From NCBI RefSeq assembly GCF_006345805.1, contig NC_043002.1, positions 48,298,001 through 48,362,000 on the forward strand: 64,000 bases of DNA, given 5' to 3'. The notes below the pieces were generated by a model, which was given only the letters and a program-made list of their open reading frames with translations, was not told the DNA's origin and searched no databases. The position numbers and the translations under genes are program-made. The first letter of the stretch is position 1, and each line of letters begins with the position of its first letter. This DNA is from Octopus sinensis. Taxonomy: Eukaryota. Below, piece after piece: positions 25,451-38,399 of the stretch.

Positions 25451-25904
25451 GAAAATTGGCTGATAATGTGTGTACACAAATCCTGTTTTTATCTGGTCCC
25501 AAGACTTAAATAGATATATGTTCAAATACGTTCTGGAAATAATCATCCCATCGTTTTTTCAGCCATAGTATATCTATCATCCTTGGCAGATTTTGAAAGA
25601 GGTTTGGCTATTATCATTATTATTATTAGCCGACCAAACGATTACATAGAGACACTCCAGTTGTTTTGTACATATGCAGATGCAGAATATTATGCTGTAT
25701 CAAGTAAAATAATGTTGAAAATTCTGACAAAAATTATACCAATTCCTTTCAGACCTACACGAATTACAGTTCAGGCTCGAGGTATCAGAGAAAGGGAACG
25801 GATAATTCAAACCAATCAGATATTAAGCTATTTTTCAGCCAAATAGGTATGTAAAGAATGAAAGTGGTATAATTTCCTGGAACATTTCATTCCTGTGTAG
25901 TTGA

Positions 25905-26100
25905 TTTTGCTTAGTCATAAGTCAGATCCGGTTTAGCATATCTATGATCAAAATCATTCCAGCAGTGACCATACCGTCCTTTCTAGAGGCGGAATATCTA
26001 ATAATGCATTATTCAATGTATTCTGCATTTAAGACATTAGAGTTTGATTTGAAGGAACTTTAACTGCTATTTCTAGTAGATCGAGCGACCACATGGAAGT
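25905..26100. repeat. Dispersed repeat family D (other fragments ~18905-19030, 26275-26350, 27715-27850)
   Basis: Shared blocks ctatgatcaaa..cattcc and gtgatttga..ga.tttggctgctatttcta; reverse-complement version at 18930-18975. Confidence 0.55.
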
Positions 26101-27196
26101 CGTTTCGTTGGCAAGACGCTGTGAGCTCATTTTAAGTAACACTCATATAGGGATCGGAAATCATTATTGTAAACTATCGTCAATTCGGCAACATACCTGC
26201 TGTTTACATAAATGAAGTGTAAGATCCTCGCTAAATATTCATTACTAAATGTTCCCTATCATGTAAGGGCTGAATTGCAGGTGTTGTAGTTGAGCCCCAA
26301 TTCAGCACTGATTAAGCATATCTATGGCAAATGGGTTCCGCTCATGGACATCTTATTTAACCTTTAATTTATTTAGGATTTTATTATCGTAACTTTTCTT
26401 TTAAGATGCTAGTATTTAGTTTGAAAGATGTTTCTGAGCAAAACACTTTATTCTCAGTTGACTGAGTTTTATCGTTGATAGTAAAAGCAAATTAAGGGAC
26501 CAAATCATAGCAAGTTTAATTGCAAATATCATGGGGAGAGTTGCTTTACAAATAATAAAATATTTTTGAAAATATACTCTTCGTTGTTGATCACTGAAAG
26601 GGCTAGGTTATTTGAAACATGCAACTTGAATTTCAATGATAAGGTGACGAAAACTGAAATATGTAAATAAATAGCAAATATATTTGATGAGAATCTGGTT
26701 GATATGTTTATTTAATCGAATGACCACGTAAAGACACCTTGCAAATTTCTTACGATAAGAACGGACGTAGCATAAGAACGTCTTCGTACGAATATATGAA
26801 CTCTACAACCGGCAATCTTTCACAGCATTAACTTGGCCACTGCAGTTTTTCTAAATATCAATTAATTATATCAGTAAAAATAGATAGATATCTCAGTAGC
26901 TATTGATCATATCATACAAGTTTCATTGAGTAATTTATTTGGAGAAAAAGTTCAAAAGGAAATAGTGATAATTAATAGCCTAATTTTATAATTGATTTTT
27001 TAAATTACTTTTGCCATTTATATATTTATCAATGTCTGTGTAGCCTTAATTGCTACAAATAAAAAAAAATTGTTATTCAAACACAAATGCTACCAAATCT
27101 GAATGGTTACGTATAGCGTGTAATTTTCTTTCGTTCTCGCCTTGAAATTGATCTTACAGGGTGAGTTTATTCTTTATTATAACACTTTCCTACATG

Positions 27197-27415
27197 AAGG
27201 CGGCGAACTAGCTGAATTGTTAGTACGACGAGCACAATGTTAGTGGCATTTTGTCCATCTTTACATTCTGAGTTTATATTCCGCTGAGGTTGACTTTGCC
27301 TTTCATCCCTTCGGATTCAATAAAATAAGTACCGGTTGATTATTGGGGGTCGATGTAATCAACTTACCCCGTTTCCCAAAATTGCGAGCCATGTGCCAAA
27401 ATTTGAGACCAATAT
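27197..27415 (+). mobile_element. SINE family B
   Basis: aaggcggcgaactagctgaattgttagtacg...gactttgcctttcatcc...ataagtaccggtt...cccaaaatt. Confidence 0.75.
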
Positions 27416-28396
27416 TTTCCTAAATTACATATATTAGATTATATAAAATATTCCATTTCGTGCAACATTTGGATACATGTTTTGCCTGGCAAGTATAATA
27501 TAAGAATTATATTAGATTAAGTAGGAAACTTTCATATGTACCCAAGATTTTAAAACAATCTTATTGATATTCTTAAATGTGACAGAACATTATATTTTGA
27601 AACTGCTATGTAGTTTATATTGTTATAACTTAGCAAGAACTTACTGTAATAATTAAATCATGATAATGGTTTCTTGTTGCAGTCTTCCCACAAATCAATA
27701 TTAGTGAATCGCATTTATGATCAACAGCATTTCAACAGTACCGTCCCATCCTTTTCATCAAATAATTATTCACTTTTAAGATGGTAAGGTGTGATATGAT
27801 GGAGATAGATTTGGCTATTTCTATCAAGTCTAGAGACCACGTAGTTGACCCTACTTTGGTTTCAAGTGCATTTGTTTCAATATTCAAATAAAATAATATT
27901 ATCGAAACTTTAGCTTCGGTTTTAATAATATTCCTCTGAACTACCATGAATTTTTCCCCTTCCAAATGGCTTTCACGAGCCCAGATTTTCTCTGCTGAAA
28001 GGTACCTTCAGACTTAAACCTATTTTATAAATATAGTTATTGTATTCCTATAATTAATATTACCCACCTGTAATAAAAAATCAAATATTACCCACCTGCT
28101 TATTTGTTCATCGAATTCAGTCCTTTTCTTCTTTTTGTTTTTCATCGAGAACCGCATACAATTATTCTCATTTAGTTTGTACAGTGACAGTTCGGATTTG
28201 ACAGCAGTTTCGAAATTAAGGCAACATGTCTAATTTAATTAAGCCTCTTGTGCCAAAAAGAAAACCTTCTCGTTTTTCATGTATCATGTCTATTTGAAGC
28301 CAATTTTCTTTCTGTTGTAGCACATCGGTTTTATGTTATGTGTGTATGCGCGCGTGAAGTGTATGTATACACACACACACAAACACACACACAAAT

Positions 28397-28428
<32 letters not shown>

Positions 28429-28439
28429 TGACCACGACA

Positions 28440-28700
28440 GGATCTGAAATTAGAAGGTAAAGAGTCGGAACAAATATCACATAGTATTTTATCCGACGTT
28501 CTAACAATTCCGCTAATTTACTGCCCGAGATAAAAAAACAAATAATATACTTTCTACAAGACCTGAAATTTCGCTACTTATCTTATCGAGCCCGAAAGGA
28601 AAAGTCGACCACGGTAGAATTTGAACACAGGATGTTTAGTCGGAAGAAATACTGCTAAGCATTTTGCCCGGTGCTGTAACGATTCTGCCGGCTCACCGAC
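28440..28700 (-). mobile_element. Two tandem SINE family B fragments
   Basis: 28440-28530 and 28550-28700 both match the family B head and body in minus orientation. Confidence 0.6.
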
Positions 28701-29365
28701 CTATAAAAGTAAATAACACAAACTTGTATGTCAACTTTGTTCAAGAAAACGCGTTCAAGCAATTGAATTAAGTTAAGGAATGAAACATTTTACCAAAATC
28801 TGTCTCTCCATAATATAAAATAAAAGATCAATAAAATGTAGATTTTGATCTCTTAGTTTACTTTCAAATATAATTAATTCCCTTTTACGAAAATAGTTTT
28901 CAGCACCTGAAGATGTTGAATAAATTGGGTGAAATTGAATTTTATTGTTAAAGCATTTCGTTCAAATACTAACAATGCAGAAAATCTTTTTAAATCTCAG
29001 TCCTAATTGCATAGACTTGACCCGAATGTTGGCTACACAATTAACTGCAATGTCTGCTCTGGTAAAAAGATTTCTTTCGTTACATATACCTTAGAACTGT
29101 AGATACAAATCAAATAACAACAAAAACAATTTATCGGTAACCAAAAAAAAAACAAAAAAAAAAACGAGTAATGCCTGTAATCCTTAGATTAATCAATAGG
29201 TTGGTCAATATTTGAGGAATTAATGTACTGATCGATCTTTAGTAGGACTATTGTAACATTTACGTTAGACCTCCTGTGTCCGGAAATGATTATTTTATCT
29301 GGGTTTCCTCTGCTCACAAAACATTCATGTCTTTATTAATGTATCTCTATACGCAAAAATGCATT

Positions 29366-29431
<66 letters not shown>

Positions 29432-29501
29432 ATGTGTGTATATATATATATATATATATTCATGTATGTATATATAATATGTATATATATATATGTATAT
29501 A

Positions 29502-29583
<82 letters not shown>

Positions 29584-29600
29584 GTATGTATGTATGTATG
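29366..29600. repeat. Long interrupted (TA)n/(TG)n microsatellite
   Basis: Direct reading. Confidence 0.95.
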
Positions 29601-30204
29601 TAAATACGCATTCTTATGAGCACATGTGTACATAGCACTTTACATAAAACTGTTATATGTATAGTATACACGCACACATTCTATTCATGTAAACATAAAC
29701 GAAGTATGCCACAACGGGTCAACTCCATCTTTTTCTGCTAGAATAATTGCTACATAAATCAGTTAAGTACACTCATGCATTTATCCACACTTTTAGCCAC
29801 ACACTCACACACACAAACACACACACATACGACATACACACGCGCGCAACACACACGGATGCACACGCACATGCACATGTATACGCACATATTACACCAG
29901 AGTTTAGCATGAAATATCGAGTAAGTAACGTTATACATAGTACCATCAGTTTACAGTCTGAAATTAACATACCTGATGGTGGCTGTCATCCATTCTATAT
30001 CCAACAATTGATTGTAAATATACATACGTGGGTAGGACGCGTGATTGAGAGTTCTGCTTGGTAAACACGAGGTTCAAGACTTGAAACTACAGTATAACAC
30101 CTAATATTTTAGGTTGGACAAACATCTCGTGAGTAGAATTTAGAAGACCGAAGCTGAACACACACACACATATATGTATGCATGTATATCTATCTATCTA
30201 TCTG

Positions 30205-30258
<54 letters not shown>

Positions 30259-30313
30259 AATATATATAAGATAAATAAAAAATATATATGCATATATATA
30301 TATGTATATACGC

Positions 30314-30362
<49 letters not shown>

Positions 30363-30789
30363 GCATATGTGGGCACAGGACGTCATGAAATGTGTACCAC
30401 AAAAACATACGAAGCATGAGTGCATGGAATATGAACTATTCTTTCGAACAATGAAAGACACAAATGGATAACAAAACAAACAACATAAAGAACGACCCAT
30501 CATCAGTTGTAAGCTGTTTGTCTACTCCCGTATTTCGAGCATTTAACAAGATACGCTTTCGATAAAACAGTTGCTCCTGCAAAGCAAATTAAATAAAATT
30601 TGGAATTTTGCGGAGGGTCAAAATAGGAAACACAACAAGGACTGTGAAAACAAACGGGAAGGGCTGTTAAACCTAAACGAGGTTGTGGTGGCGAACGCGT
30701 AAATCAAGCTAGGACAGGAGACAGACAAGAACGCGTCCTCCAACTACAACGGAGTGAAAGAAAGAAACACAAGTCAGGAGAAGAAACAT

Positions 30790-30975
30790 GGTACCCGAGC
30801 GAATAGAAGAAACCATTCGGAAGACTTCAAATGAGGTGGAAAGATGATTTAAGAAGGATCTTTGTAACAACGTGAAGGAGAGTGGGGATAACATGAGGGG
30901 AATGGAGAGAATGCTGTGGCCAGCAGAGCCGACTTGGCACCAAACAGCTTAGCCGATCCAGATAATCCAGGTGCT
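30790..30975 (+). pseudogene. RTE-like LINE 3' coding fragment
   Basis: TWYPSE*KKPFGRLQMRWKDDLRRIFVTT*RRV...GEWR resembles the WYP...RGRP..RW.DD C-terminal motif. Confidence 0.6.
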
Positions 30976-31303
30976 ATGAGTGCATAGCATCTTCTAGCAG
31001 AAACAGCAATAAACTAATGAGATTCATAGCCTAATTTCTTCTTCCCTTCTCTCTTTATCTCTCCCTCTCTCAGTCTCTATCAGTCTCTCTCTCTCTCTCT
31101 CTCTCGTTCTCTCTATATATGTTTGTGCGTGTGCGTGTATGCTTCTGTGCGTGTGTGTGTTCGCGCGCATGTGTGTGCTCATGACACAGTTACTTTCAGA
31201 AATTTCCTTCACGAGGCTTTGGCCAACCTGAATCTTCAGTAAATACACATCTGCTTAAGACGCAGCTATCGCAACATTTTACCCCTTTTTCATATATAAG
31301 CCA

Positions 31304-31701
31304 CTAGCAGTATCGCCCGGCGTTGCTCGGGTTTGTAAGGGAAATAACTATATAAGCATTTTTAGAGAGTTATAGCCAAAAAATTAGCAAAAAAATGCAT
31401 TAAAAATGGAATAAAAAATGATGGTAATTTTTTTTTAAATCGTTGGCTCATCGTAGACATTTTTAGAGAGTTACTTCCCTTATATAATATCGAAAAAATG
31501 CATTAAAATGGAAAAAATGATGGTAATTTATTTTTAAAATCGTAGACTCATCGTAGACGCGCGCTAATACCCAGAAGGGCTCAATATGAATCACGACTAT
31601 AAGATACCCGGTTTTGGTTAAACTGCACCGCAAAATGTGGGAGTAGTTAGGAATCTAAATCGTAGGAGACAGACACACAACTTCACTTTTATATATAAAG
31701 A
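31304..31701 (-). mobile_element. Non-autonomous Helitron (398 bp)
   Basis: Minus strand A|TCTTTATATATAAAAG ... cccgagcaacgccgggcgatactgCTAG|T; same length as and highly similar to 62012-62409. Confidence 0.9.
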
Positions 31702-32215
31702 TTTGTGCAACAACTAAAACATTCGGTTGTGCAAAGTGTTTGCACAGGAAACCTGCCCTGTGTGGCGGTTTTTGCCGTTTTTGTGGATCTGTTTCAGCTT
31801 TTTTAGCGATTTCTGTTATGGCGACTTCAAGCCATGAAGTCGTTGTTCTAAAAGAACGCTGGTCTCCTTGACAACGCTTTACGACGTTGATTTCCTTACA
31901 CTCCCTTCCCCACAGCTTCACAAGGGAGGGAAGAAGGGGGAGAAGCAACACAGGTGCAGGTGTGAGCACGGACGCCAACTCCGCCGCCATCGACACACGG
32001 ATAAAATATGCCTTAAAATGGAAAAAATTATGGTAAATTATTTTTAAAATCATAGACTCATCGTAGACGCGCGCTAATACCCAGACGGGCTCGATATGAA
32101 TCACGACTATAAGATAGCCGAATTTGGTTAAACTGCACCGCAAAATGTGGGAGTAGTTAGGAATCTAAATCGTAGGAGACAGATACTCACACAACTTCAC
32201 TTTTATATATATAGA
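31702..32215 (-). mobile_element. Second Helitron 5' half abutting the 398-bp copy
   Basis: 32000-32215 repeats the first ~200 bp of 31304-31701, then ~300 bp of different, more GC-rich sequence; no CTAG terminus of its own. Confidence 0.7.
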
Positions 32216-32824
32216 TTAAAGTAATTATACATGCTGCTATTTGTCATCAGTATATTGTCTGCTTTTATGTGGGAAGCCTCAACCCCCTGCATAGTCCAGC
32301 ATACTTATAAAGCTGAAACATTTCCATGCAATAAACCATGTATCTCTTCCTTTATTGACTGTTATAAAATCTGCAACGAACTAGAATTCCAAAGCAGAAT
32401 TGATCAGGTTTGACAAGCCTATATATACACAATTGATTGTTGCAGTCAAACATTTAGAAAAAGAATCTTTATAAGTAGAATGCTGTATGTAATTTAAAAT
32501 ATACTGATTTCGTTTATTTACTTATCTTAATGAGCTGCCTTATTTTTATTTGATAATACGACAGTATTTATTGGCAACATAAAATTGTGTGCATGTGTGT
32601 ATTTATGTATACATGTACGCATGCACATACGTGTATGCCATGTCAACTCATATGCGATTGTTTTTTACAAGTAGAAGAGATCTCATGTATAACCGTTTCA
32701 AAATTAGGACACATGTATGAAATACGTTATATTTTATTTGACAATACGACAGTGAATATTGGCAACATGAAATTGTGTGTATAAATAGATACATACATAC
32801 ATACATACATACATACACACACAC

Positions 32825-32885
<61 letters not shown>

Positions 32886-33124
32886 AATTCGGATACCTGT
32901 ACAAACTACGTTACATTTGTTCAAGTTAATGGAATATATATATTTCCTACTACATATTGCGCAAATCTGAAATGTATGTGTTAAATGATTTCAAAGCATC
33001 TGTATTTGGTAGTCGTGCATACTTCAGTCGGGTCGAAAATTCCGGTACTGTGCACCGCTTCACAACATAGCATGGTATATATAACAAGGTGGAAAATACA
33101 GAGTAATCGAATATATATATTCTT

Positions 33125-33431
33125 TTATATATTCATTTGTTTCAGTCATTTGGACGCGGTGACGCGGCCATACTGGAGTACCGCCTTTTGTCGAACAGAT
33201 CGACCTCAGAATTTATTCTCTGTAAGCCTAGTACTTATTCTATCGGCTTCTTTTGCCGTTCCCGTAACTTAGCGGTTCTTATGGGGACGTAAACACTAAC
33301 ATCAGGTGTCAAGCGATGGTGGGGTGACAAACACAGACACACAAACACACACACACAAACACACACACACACACACACATGCACACACACACACACACAC
33401 GCACACGCACACACACACACACACACACACA

Positions 33432-33476
<45 letters not shown>

Positions 33477-33625
33477 CATACATACGACGGGTTTCTTTCA
33501 GTTTCCGTCTAACAAATCCACTCACAAAGATTTATCCGGCCCGAGGTTATAGTAGAAGACACTTGCTCAAGGTGATATGCAGTAGGAATGAACCCGGAAC
33601 CATGTGGTTGGGAAGGAAGCTTCTT
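33125..33625 (-). mobile_element. SINE family A, extreme 5' end replaced by the adjacent retroelement
   Basis: Tail and body match 772-1195; the head breaks off at ggaagcttctt. Confidence 0.85.
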
Positions 33626-35260
33626 TATTTCATCAAATTTGCCATAAAGACATTACATAGATAGAAGCAAGTGCGGACTGGAAAACAACACAAATGAAAT
33701 GAATGATGAGCAAAATAATGATATTGATGAGAGAAGCAGACGACGCCCACCGATCGATGCTTTCCGAAAACATTGTTCTTTTTTCCTCTTTTATAAAACC
33801 AATTGAGGTTATAAACCTCTTACTATAGTTCATTGGAACACAATGGGCTTCCAAATGAGGCACTAAACCTCTTACATTTTTCACAACTGGAACCAAGTCC
33901 TTACAAAATGAGGCACTAAGCCTCTTATCTTTTTTTTACAACTCGAGGCTTAAAGCATGTTACTTCCATGCTTGGGCCACTTTAGCATAAATTTAAATAT
34001 ATCCTCGGGGAAGGAGTTCATTACCCTGCACAAGTCGGTTTTCCCCGTGACCCCCGCAGCCATCTGCGGAGGCAAATCAGGGTCCTCGGTACAGGACAGA
34101 ACCCCTTCCCTCCGGCCTTTTTTGTTGTTAACTTCTTCACGAAGTTCTCCAAAGCCCCTCTCTTGTGAAAGAGGATTACAAATTCCATGTCCATCAAATA
34201 GTTAGGGGCAACAGTTTCTTCCATCTGTGGCACAATATTCCCTCCGACAGGGTTTCGGGACATACCGGCAGTGTGTTACTAACCGCCGCCAATGTTCCGT
34301 TTTTCCCGGAAGGTTTTCTTTCCCTCCCGTAGCCTTCGGATCCGTCGGTAGGCAACCATTGTTGCCCACCTTCTTCCTTTTATGGCACTTTTTTTAGGAG
34401 GTTTCCACCTCCCCAACCGTTTCCATCTCTCCTTCCGGATGGGGAGGGGTCACTTTCTCTCCAACCAACTGCTCCAGGACCATACTCTGGTCATAGGGAC
34501 AGTTCTTTTTAATGTGGCCCGGTTCCAGGTACGGATGACACTTGGCGGGCGGAGGCATCCCTCAGGTATCACCGGGTATCTGCAACCGGCCGTTTTCAAA
34601 AAATCTGGAAAAGCCAGATTCTTGGCTGATTGGGTCCACAAGGTCAAAACAGGCTTTGACCCAACCCAATCAGCCACCTGCAAAATTTTAGCATTAAGCA
34701 GCTTGGATCCGCTGCCACTCAGACCCCAGCGGATAGTGTCCTCTATCCACTCGTACTCTATCCCGGGTGGTAACCCGAAGACCCAAGCTCTTATCAACTT
34801 CTTTCCACAATATATGGGAAGAAACAAAATCTCTTTGACCTCTAAGGGCTGGTTCGCAAATTTGCGAGCCTCCCCAAGGGTATCAAATAGCAACCACACC
34901 GTTGCATATTTGATCCCCCTAGAGATGAATTTAATAGTTGGCAAATACTCTGCTAACTCTTTTTCAATTTGAGTCTTTTGAAAGAAGGCGATGGTGTCGA
35001 GCGACTTCGAGTGAGTCCTTGACACCACCGTCCTCTTTTCAAAGTCTTTTATCCACTGTTTCGGTGGGACAATCTCCCACCCCAACTTGCAATGATTTTT
35101 TTATTTTGAAAAATGTTCACAAAAAACAAAAGTTCAGAAAGTTAAAAAAAACAAAAATGCAGGAAGTAAGGAAGAAGATAAGAAATAACTCAAAACCACA
35201 GCAAACTATTCTGGCTAACTCGTTAATCCTCTTGATAATCTAGGGCACAAAACAGTCATA
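33626..35260 (-). mobile_element. L1/Tx1-like retroelement with ORF1 only (HAL1-like), frameshifted
   Basis: 211-aa open segment 34450-35085; an alternative frame gives CHPYLEPGHIKKNC (C-x2-[C>Y]-x4-H-x4-C zinc knuckle) at ~34497-34540; T-rich leader; AATAAA at the 3' junction (~33625-33630); no APE or RT motifs seen. 5' boundary uncertain. Confidence 0.65.
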
Positions 35261-35470
35261 TAACAATTTCATCAAAAATGGTAAAAAATAAGCACAATTA
35301 TAGTAGGAGGGATACGCTCCCCAAAAACACTTCTTACCACTAAGTGTGATTTCTAAACACAACTACAGGCAGACAAGTGCGCGGAACCCAACTGAGGTTT
35401 CTTGTTCGACGAAACAAGTAAACACGAGCAACAAACCTCCACTGAATCCCACCCAAAACAAATGTCTTAC

Positions 35471-35580
35471 CTGGTAACTGTGCTTCATTTGTTCAATAAT
35501 TCAGGACGTTGGTGTACAGTGACGTGACTCCTAGTAGTGCAAAGAAAACACTGACAACGACGCATGCGTAGAAGCCGCAC
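35471..35580 (-). promoter_or_regulatory. CpG-rich promoter/first-exon-like segment with strong splice donor
   Basis: Palindrome ACGCATGCGT at 35560-35569, GTGACGTGAC at 35519-35528, and CAG|GTAAGA donor at 35471/35470. Confidence 0.35.
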
Positions 35581-36498
35581 CTAGCAAAATGCACATACAA
35601 GTAACAGAACAAAACAAAGACGAACAAAAGTGCAAGAAACGTTTACAATTAATATTATTAGGCTAGCGCGCTTAGGAAGAATGGAAATAATAGATGATAT
35701 TACTTGAAGCTGTTAGATTAAAAAGTATGCACCTGCTACAAAGGAATTGCTCAAAACTTTACAGAAGCAGAAAATGCAAGAGAAAATCAAAATCGCTTCC
35801 AATTAAGAAAACCTATTGTATAAATACAAATTCAGAAGAAGAAATCTAATATATCGTCAAATTCAATAACTGGGTATTTACTGAAATTCCAGTCGACGAG
35901 GAATTAAAGCATGGGTTTTGAATATGTCTTAGAAGAATAGTTTATTTAGTTTTGCATTACATTGCGCCACTTTAGCGAAATGTCAATTAGTTTATTTATC
36001 AACTCATTAAACCTTGTAACAGCATTCGAGTAACCATCAATCAATAATAATTATATATCGACATGGCTCACTACCTGTTTAGCACAGCTATAACTATTCA
36101 TAGTTGTAACTACATGGTATTTATGATACGCAGTTTGGGGGTAAATTTGAATCTGATCGAAGTGGGAAACCATTATCTATTTCAAAAATATTTCGAAGTC
36201 ACAGTGAATGTTTGCCAGATGCTGGCCGAGTCATTCCTCTATACTTTTCAATATTATATTTCCGGAGAGAACCAGGTGCAAAAAATATTTATTAATAGGT
36301 TACAAATGAAATGTGACAGTACCGACGACGAAAATATACATATTTACACCTAGTGCGTCACTCCGTGCTTGTAAGAAGTGTGTCATCAATGATAATGGAT
36401 TGTAGTATTCATCGATGTCTGCAGTGAGTGGCGCATGTTCCTCCAGTAATTGTTCGTAGGTTTGTTACGACCACTAATCAGTTACCAGGTAAACCACA

Positions 36499-36576
<78 letters not shown>

Positions 36577-37774
36577 ATGCCCAATGATATGTCCAACAAA
36601 ATGCACCAAGCTCAAAATCGCTAATAACATGCCAAAATGTTATCTCTCCCAAAACGATTATTTTCACCAACTTGGACGATTGACCCAACCACTAATAAAC
36701 ACAATTTCTTAACATGTTCACCAGGAATTTGAGTGGTTAGTTGCATACTGACGTGATTAATCTCTGAAAAGATACTGTCTTGATGTTTAAAAATATTTTC
36801 ACGCTTAAGCAAAAATTCAGGTCTTAGATATTGGCGTTTAGAACTCTGCCAAAGTTCTTGCTAAAATTCCTTCGATATTGCTTTCATCCCAATGCATATA
36901 AAATAGAGATATAGAAACTTGCATAAAATGAATAGTGGCCTTTCAGTAAAATATTTCTTATCTTTTATTTCTTTTGCTTCCAAAATCAATATTACGTACT
37001 AAATGTAATAGGAAATTAATAAAAAATAGAATAAAATCCAATCACATAATTATAAAGAATCTAATTTTAAGTAATAAACTAAAATAATTATGTTAGATTG
37101 CTAATGTGATTTAGTTAGGGAATATTAAAATCTATATTAAAAATCTAGAATTAAAGTTGCTGTGTGACTGGGAAATTATCTGATTATGAAAATAATATCA
37201 TTACTTAAAATTTCTAATAAATTCTGGGAACTTTATAATCTCATGCAGCTTGATAGGGTGAATAGTTGAGAAATTGTACAGAATAGCATGTGTGGTATTC
37301 TACGAGCGTCTAGAGAAGAATGTATGGTTATAAAACAAACTCATCAATTTGATAAAATGAGGATAAGGTTGAAATTAAAAGAGATAGAGGAAACCTATTA
37401 AAAAATGGTAATTCCATTATGTGTGGAGTACAAAAGGATATTCGTAAGAATGAAGAAGCTTGAGACAGATGAATAAATGAAATAATTCTTTCTCAGTGTA
37501 GAAAATTCTTCTAAATGTTGTATCTATAAAATTCCTTCAAACTAGCTACTATTACTTTTTAGAGAGAATAATTTGTTGCCCCAACCACCACCGTAAATCC
37601 TAAACCTAAATGCCTAAATCCAAAAAGACATACCCATGGAATGCAATGAAATATCACTACGGTGGTTAGTTTGATCATATGCGCTAAGTCTACAATAACG
37701 CAATGAAACATTCACATCTCTGCTTCCTCTCTCACACACAAATGCGTGTATGTACGTAAGTACATCCGTACGTA

Positions 37775-37925
37775 CGTATGTATGTATGTATGTATGTATG
37801 TATGTATGTATGTATGTATGTATGTATGTATGTATGTATGTATGCATGCATGTATATATGCATGTATATATGCATGTATGTATGTATGTACGCACGTATG
37901 TATTATTGTATGTATGTATGTATGT
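37775..37925. repeat. (TATG)n microsatellite
   Basis: Direct reading; similar tracts at 39770-39925, 48685-48815 and 51230-51360. Confidence 0.95.
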
Positions 37926-38399
37926 ACATACAGATGTATATATGTATCTTTATTTCTTTGTGTTTTATATAAATTCTTTTTAAGAGAGTTCAAAACAGTT
38001 GCTAACAAAACGATTTTTTGAGTTAAGAGAGTTCTCAGTGTTTGTGACTGTTGGGTAGTTGGTTGGTTGGGCTGCCGATGTACACACCTAAATGTGTGCT
38101 TATTCATCTAAAGAATCTCAGACTGAGAATGTTTGGAATGTTTTACAAATCTACACGGTGCCATGAACAGATTGGATTTTCAGAAACCGCGTCTGTTTCT
38201 TTTGCTCTTTCTTCGAAAACCTTCGCATCTCTAGCTTTTTTTTCGTACATTTATAGGTACATACCTTAATGCTTCTATGATGATAGGTACAAATGAGAAT
38301 TAATAATCAAGGTACTGGAGTTGTAAGTTCCACATTAATTCACTATAGACGTTCTCGTTTACCTGAACTTTTACTTGGTACATTCACATACGTTGTGTA

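Noticed and set aside
27683-27783. Open 101-nt exon candidate with acceptor and GTAAGG donor
   Set aside because: The donor and much of the body lie in dispersed repeat family D.
30440-30510. CTGATGA...GAAA on the minus strand as a hammerhead
   Set aside because: Stem II does not close, the U16.1 position is C, and there is no stem I pairing.
33805-33924. CRISPR array interpretation of the three palindromic repeats
   Set aside because: Eukaryotic retroelement context, no cas genes, only three degenerate repeats, and linkers are partly homologous to each other; kept as a hairpin finding instead.
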